A DNA stretch of 64,000 bases, from positions 20,150,001 through 20,214,000 of the forward strand of contig CATNEN010000038.1 of assembly GCA_950097015.1 (NCBI GenBank), in the 5' to 3' direction. The notes under the pieces were generated by a model that did not search any database, was not told where the DNA came from, and was given only the letters and a program-made list of their open reading frames with translations. The translations under genes were made by a program, and so were the position numbers. Below, in pieces: positions 58,763 to 64,000 of this stretch. Within the stretch, counting starts at the first letter, position 1. Every line of letters starts with the position of its first letter. Source of the DNA: Macrostomum hystrix. Its lineage: Eukaryota; Animalia; Platyhelminthes.

Positions 58763-61700
58763 ATGAAAGAACAATTCTACAATCAGAATGTGACAAAAAA
58801 GGTTAGTCACGTGACCTTCACTGTGCTCAGCGCAGACGAGATTCGCGCTGCCAGTCACATGCGCGTCACCACTAAAGATATGTACAATCCAGCTGATAGG
58901 CGTCCAGCCGAAGGCGGCGTCCTAGATCCTCGACTTGGCACCTGTAGAAAGAACGAATCTTGCGTAGTCTGCGGCGACTCGTTTCACGACTGTATGGGCC
59001 ACTTTGGCTACGTGGATTTAGCCCTGCCGGTGTTCCATTGCGGCTACATTAATCACATTGTTAAGATACTTCAGAGTATCTGCAAATCCTGCTCCAGGGT
59101 GTTGCTATCTGGGGAGAAGCGCGACCAATATTTAAATGTTCTGCGTCGGCCCGGTCTATCCTATCTGGCTAAGAAAGCTTTGCGCAAGAAGATCCATAGC
59201 CTAGCTAAATCTGTGCACAATTGTCCGCATTGTAACGCTGTTAATGGCTTCGTTAAGAAGGGCGGCTTAGCCTACGTATTGCACGACAAATTTCGGTTTG
59301 CCAAAGGCGACGCGTTGGCTAAATACGCGGACCAGTTTACCTACATGACAGACAAAATGCCCGAACTGAAGCCGCTAGTATTGAAAGGCATTGAGCCTTT
59401 GCGCGCTCTGCAGGTGTTGCAACTGCTCAACGCCATCCCGCTCGAGGATATACCGTTGCTATGCATGCACAGCGATCGTGCTCATCCACGTGATCTCATA
59501 CTCACACGCGTCCCGGTGCCACCCAATGCTCTGCGACCGTCTGTTGTATCCGAGGTAGGGGAATCGAGGTCTGAAACTCTATGATAACTTCACTTCTTTA
59601 ACAGTAGGAGTACCAAGCCTTTTTTGCCGCCCGACTCTATACCTTTACGATAAAATCTATCTAAAATCTAAAACCTATACGATTTTATAATAATAATAAT
59701 AATTTAGGCTTGATCAGTGAAATTGGAGAAATTCGCGTCAGGGTGTCCATTAGTGGCCTTTTTCCACCTGTTGTCGCCCTTGAAGGTCTAGCAAATCCGT
59801 CTAGATAAAGGTAGGTGACCACCGAAGACGGAGATGATGCAGGCACATTCGGGTGACATGCTGATAAATTTTAGAGGCCTGGCAAGGCCGCACTGATCGA
59901 GGCGCAGTGCTAATTCGTGTATAGAGGTGTGTGAAATACACTAGCGCTTATGGAAAAAATGTGACCTTCGGCCAGAAACATTAAATATATCGACAGTCTG
60001 AACAGCTGGCGCCTTGATTCTTGTTTCAGAAGATGCGCAACAAAAAGTTGGCCCGTGTTCTTGAGTTTCCTGTGCCTGCGTTGTTCCGTTCGGGTGCAGA
60101 ACAAAAATTGTCACGGTCGGGGGGGAATTCCCCCCCCTTAGTAGTTCTACTTTTAATGTTCCAACGCTGAATATTTGCAAGGTCAAATGTTTCATTGTGC
60201 TTTCTGACAATCTTTGTAGGTCGTTTTGCGACGCCCAATTGCAAGAGCTTCAGTTGTAGTTTTTGCTTTTTTCCATTTCCTTCTTTTTTGAGATTGTGGT
60301 GTCTGATGGTTTTCTAGGCATGTGAGCTCATTTTGAATACTTAAGAGCGTACAGGTGGGTAACATCGGGCCCTATGCCTCACTCCAAGACTTCCCCTTTC
60401 TATTTAGCTGTAAAATTGCCCATTTTACCCAGTTTCACATCTTAGCCAGTGCCTCATCTTAGCCAGTGCCTCATCTTAGCCAGTGTCTGATCTTAGCCAG
60501 TGTCTCATCTTAGCCAGTGTCTCATCTTAGCCAGTGTCTCATCTTAGCCAGTGTCTCATCTTACCGTCTCTCATCTTAGCCAGTGTCTCATCTTAGCCAG
60601 TGTCTCATCTTACCGTCTCTCATCTTAGCCAGTGTCTCATCTTAGCCAGTGTCTCATCTTACCGTCTCTCATCTTAGCCAGTGTCTCATCTTAGCCAGTG
60701 TCTCATCTTACCGTCTCTCATCTTAGCCAGTGTCTCATCTTACCGTCTCTCATCTTAGCCAGTGTCTCATCTTACCGTCTCTCATCTTAGCCAGTGTCTC
60801 ATCTCAGCCAGTGTCTCATCTTACCGTCTCTCATCTTAGCCAGTGTCTCATCTCAGCCAGTATCTCATCTTAGCCAGTGTCTCATCTTAGCCAGTGTCTC
60901 ATCTTAGCCAGTGTCTCATCTTAGCCAGTGTCTCATCTTACCGTCTCTCATCTTAGCCAGTGTCTCATCTTAGCCAGTGTCTCATCTTACCGTCTCTCAT
61001 CTTAGCCAGTGTCTCATCTTACCGTCTCTCATCTTAGCCAGTGTCTCATCTTACCGTCTCTCATCTTAGCCAGTGTCTCATCTTAGCCAGTGTCTCATCT
61101 TACCGTCTCTCATCTTAGCCAGTGTCTCATCTTAGCCAGTGTCTCATCTTACCGTCTCTCATCTTAGCCAGTGTCTCATCTTAGCCAGTGTCTCATCTTA
61201 CCGTCTCTCATCTTAGCCAGTGTCTCATCTTAGCCAGTGTCTCATCTTACCGTCTCTCATCTTAGCCAGTGTCTCATCTTAGCCAGTGTCTCATCTTACC
61301 GTCTCTCATCTTAGCCAGTGTCTCATCTTAGCCAGTGTCTCATCTTACCGTCTCTCATCTTAGCCAGTGTCTCATCTTAGCCAGTGTCTCATCTTAGCCA
61401 GTGTCTCATCTTAGCCAGTGTCTCATCTTACCGTCTCTCATCTTAGCCAGTGTCTCATCTTAGCCAGTGTCTCATCTTAGCCAGTGTCTCATCTTAGCCA
61501 GTGTCTGATCTTAGCCAGTGTCTCATCTCACCCAGTGTCTCATCTTACCCAGTGTCTCACCCAGTGTCTCACCCAGTTTCTCATCTTACCCAGTGTCTCA
61601 TCTTACCCAGTGTCTCATCTTAGCCAGTGTCTCATCTTAGCTAGTGTCTGATCTTACCCAGTGTCTCATCTTACCCAGTGTCACATCTTAGCCAGTGTCA

Positions 61701-64000
61701 CATCTTAGCCAGTGTCTCATCTTAGCCAGTGTCTCATCTTAGCCAGTGTCTGATCTTAGCCAGTGTCTCATCTCACCCAGTGTCTCATCTTACCGTCTCT
61801 CATCTTAGCCAGTGTCTCATCTCAGCCAGTGTCTCATCTTACCGTCTCTCATCTTAGCCAGTGTCTCATCTCAGCCAGTGTCTCATCTTAGCCAGTGTCT
61901 CATCTTAGCCAGTGTCTCATCTTAGCCAGTGTCTCATCTTAGCCAGTGTCTCATCTTACCGTCTCTCATCTTAGCCAGTGTCTCATCTTACCGTCTCTCA
62001 TCTTAGCCAGTGTCTCATCTTAGCCAGTGTCTCATCTTACCGTCTCTCATCTTAGCCAGTGTCTCATCTTAGCCAGTGTCTCATCTTACCGTCTCTCATC
62101 TTAGCCAGTGTCTCATCTTAGCCAGTGTCTCATCTTACCGTCTCTCATCTTAGCCAGTGTCTGATCTTACCCAGTGTCTCATCTTACCCAGTGTCACATC
62201 TTAGCCAGTGTCTCATCTTAGCCAGTGTCTGATCTTAGCCAGTGTCTCATCTCACCCAGTGTCTCATCTTACCCAGTGTCTCACCCAGTGTCTCACCCAG
62301 TTTCTCATCTTACCCAGTGTCTTATCTTACCCAGTGTCTCATCTTAGCCAGTGTCTCATCTTAGCCAGTGTCTGATCTTACCCAGTGTCTCATCTTACCC
62401 AGTGTCACATCTTAGCCAGTGTCACATCTTAGCCAGTGTCTCATCTTAGCCAGTGTCTGATCTTACCCAGTGTCTCATCTTACCCAGTGTCACATCTTAG
62501 CCAGTGTCTCATCTTAGCCAGTGTCTGATCTTAGCCAGTGTCTCATCTCACCCAGTGTCTCATCTTACCCAGTGTCTCACCCAGTGTCTCACCCAGTTTC
62601 TCATCTTACCCAGTGTCTCACCTGACCTATTTCTTATCTCTACCATGTCTTGTCTTTGGTGCAAATTTTGCATGCTTTAAAAGGAAAAAATTATAGTTCA
62701 GCCACGGAGTTTAGCTTTACGTACATGTTCTTGGAAAAATATAATTTTCAAGTACATTTTATTTTTTAATTCGCTTTTTAAATCGCATTTTAAATAGGTA
62801 CGAGCCGGCACTACGGAAGATGACATAACAGCTAAGCTTAGCGACATCGCCTTCCTAAATCGAGACGTGCTCAATAAACAGGCCGCTTCAAATCGCGACA
62901 TGGTAGCTTTGCAGCAGGCGTGGGATATTCTTACCTACGTCACTGCTCAGATGATCAATTCGGAGAATAGCGGCATACCAACGCAGCTGCTCGGCAGTAG
63001 GTCGTTTGTTCGTGGCTATATTCAACGTTTAAAAGGCAAACAGGGCCGATTTCGCGGTCACCTGTCTGGCAAGCGAGCTAATTTCACTGCTCGCACCGTG
63101 ATTAGCCCCGATCCGAACCTGCGTATTGATCAGGTAAGAGGCTTGGCTAGGGGTTAGGTGTAACCTAGGTTAATAATAATAATAATAATTGCAGGAGGGC
63201 TGCGGGCAATATGTCACTTCATTAGGTGACACTAGACCCTCAGCCAGCGAGGAGGCAATTCTGCTCATTCAGCTGACTCCTGAGCACACAGATACCGTAC
63301 GCAGCCATACAAACAGGTGTGTACATCTGCCCTGACTTTCTCATCGTCAGTGGACACTGTCACTGTGCCTTGGAGGTTGGCCCTCAAGGGCGTAAATTAC
63401 ACAAGCCCCCAAGCCTTCACTTCGCGGCTGCGCCCAAATTTAATGCGGCCTCGCCTAAGAATCGAGCTCAGGGACCTTGGTGCGAGAGGCAGACACATGC
63501 CACTCTGACAACCGCTCTGCCACTCACCTGTATGTCAGAGCTCAGGTGTGGCCTATGTCTGGGTTTAGTTGTAACTATTTTAGTCCATAGACTGGCCCTT
63601 TAAAACGGTAGACGACTACTCCAAACATCTACGAGTACCTTAAATTGTCAAAGCTAAATAATAACTTATAGAGGCTTCATAAGCCGCTTTTCTGCAACTA
63701 GACTCAAACGATTGGGATACAATTTTATTTTATTTTCAAGCCGCCATACATTTTAGTCCGTTTTTTAATTGAGTCTCTTGTCCTACCTGTTCAGGTCGGT
63801 GTTCCCGAGTACATGGCCAAGAAGCTAACCTATCCAAGCCGGGTCACCAGCTTCAACATTGAACAACTTCGCCGACTAATCCGCAACGGCGCTCATCAGC
63901 ATCCGGGCGCGCTTTACGTCGAATCGCACGATGGTCGATTCCCGAAGCGTATGCTGGAGTTTTCCAATGAAAAATTTCGCTCCAAAATTGCCAGCGAACT
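58763..64000 (+). CDS. POLR3A: RNA polymerase III largest subunit (RPC1), 5' part. Exons 58763-59554, 62798-63133, 63795->64000
   Basis: MKEQF start, GVLDPRLG, C..C...CMGHFGY, ICKSCSR, GTTEDDIT, QRLKGKQGRFRGHLSGKR...RTVISPDPNLRIDQVGVP. Confidence 0.96.
59705..60157 (-). repeat. Dispersed repeat family C, second copy
   Basis: Inverted homolog of 23511-23935; adjacent (TAA)n at 59688-59703. Confidence 0.85.
60425..62622. repeat. 19/18-bp minisatellite (CATCTTAGCCAGTGTCT / CATCTTACCGTCTCT type), ~2.2 kb, intronic
   Basis: More than 100 units of two interleaved variants. Confidence 0.97.
63170..63527 (-). mobile_element. SINE family A with (TTA)n tail in POLR3A intron
   Basis: Reverse-complement match to family A. 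Confidence 0.88.

Noticed and set aside
1-64000. Spliced-leader RNA gene or rRNA
   Set aside because: No sequence recognisable as either was seen, so the trans-splicing inferences rest on gene structure alone.

Overview
Eukaryotic (animal) genomic DNA with GT-AG introns, polyQ tracts, tRNA-derived SINEs and about 20 minisatellite arrays. The compact genes and intronic 12-33 bp minisatellites suggest a free-living flatworm such as Macrostomum; this is inference and was not checked against a database. Left to right: two related intron-containing THAP/P-element transposons (94-bp TIRs, 8-bp TSD) inserted at homologous sites in a stack of palindromic modules; an intronless DEG/ENaC channel; an atypical H-NOX soluble guanylyl cyclase; a Dpy-30/DYDC exon; seven identical tRNA-Arg(UCG) genes sharing a 35-bp 5' element, plus an eighth solitary copy; a complete LRR-TM-TIR Toll-like receptor; a minus-strand run NOL11-like > RCAN > PSMB3 > TFIIA-L; a 6-kb CpG-depleted island; and a plus-strand run VDAC > SCLT1 (mariner and Tc1 relics in its last intron) > POLR3A, which runs off the window. 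The most notable observations are: three genes whose reading frames open exactly at a phase-0 splice acceptor, as expected if a spliced leader donates the AUG; apparent target-site specificity of the P elements; the tRNA cassette/minisatellite array; the local CpG-decay domain; and a full TLR in a probable flatworm. All coordinates were read by eye; exon ends are best estimates.
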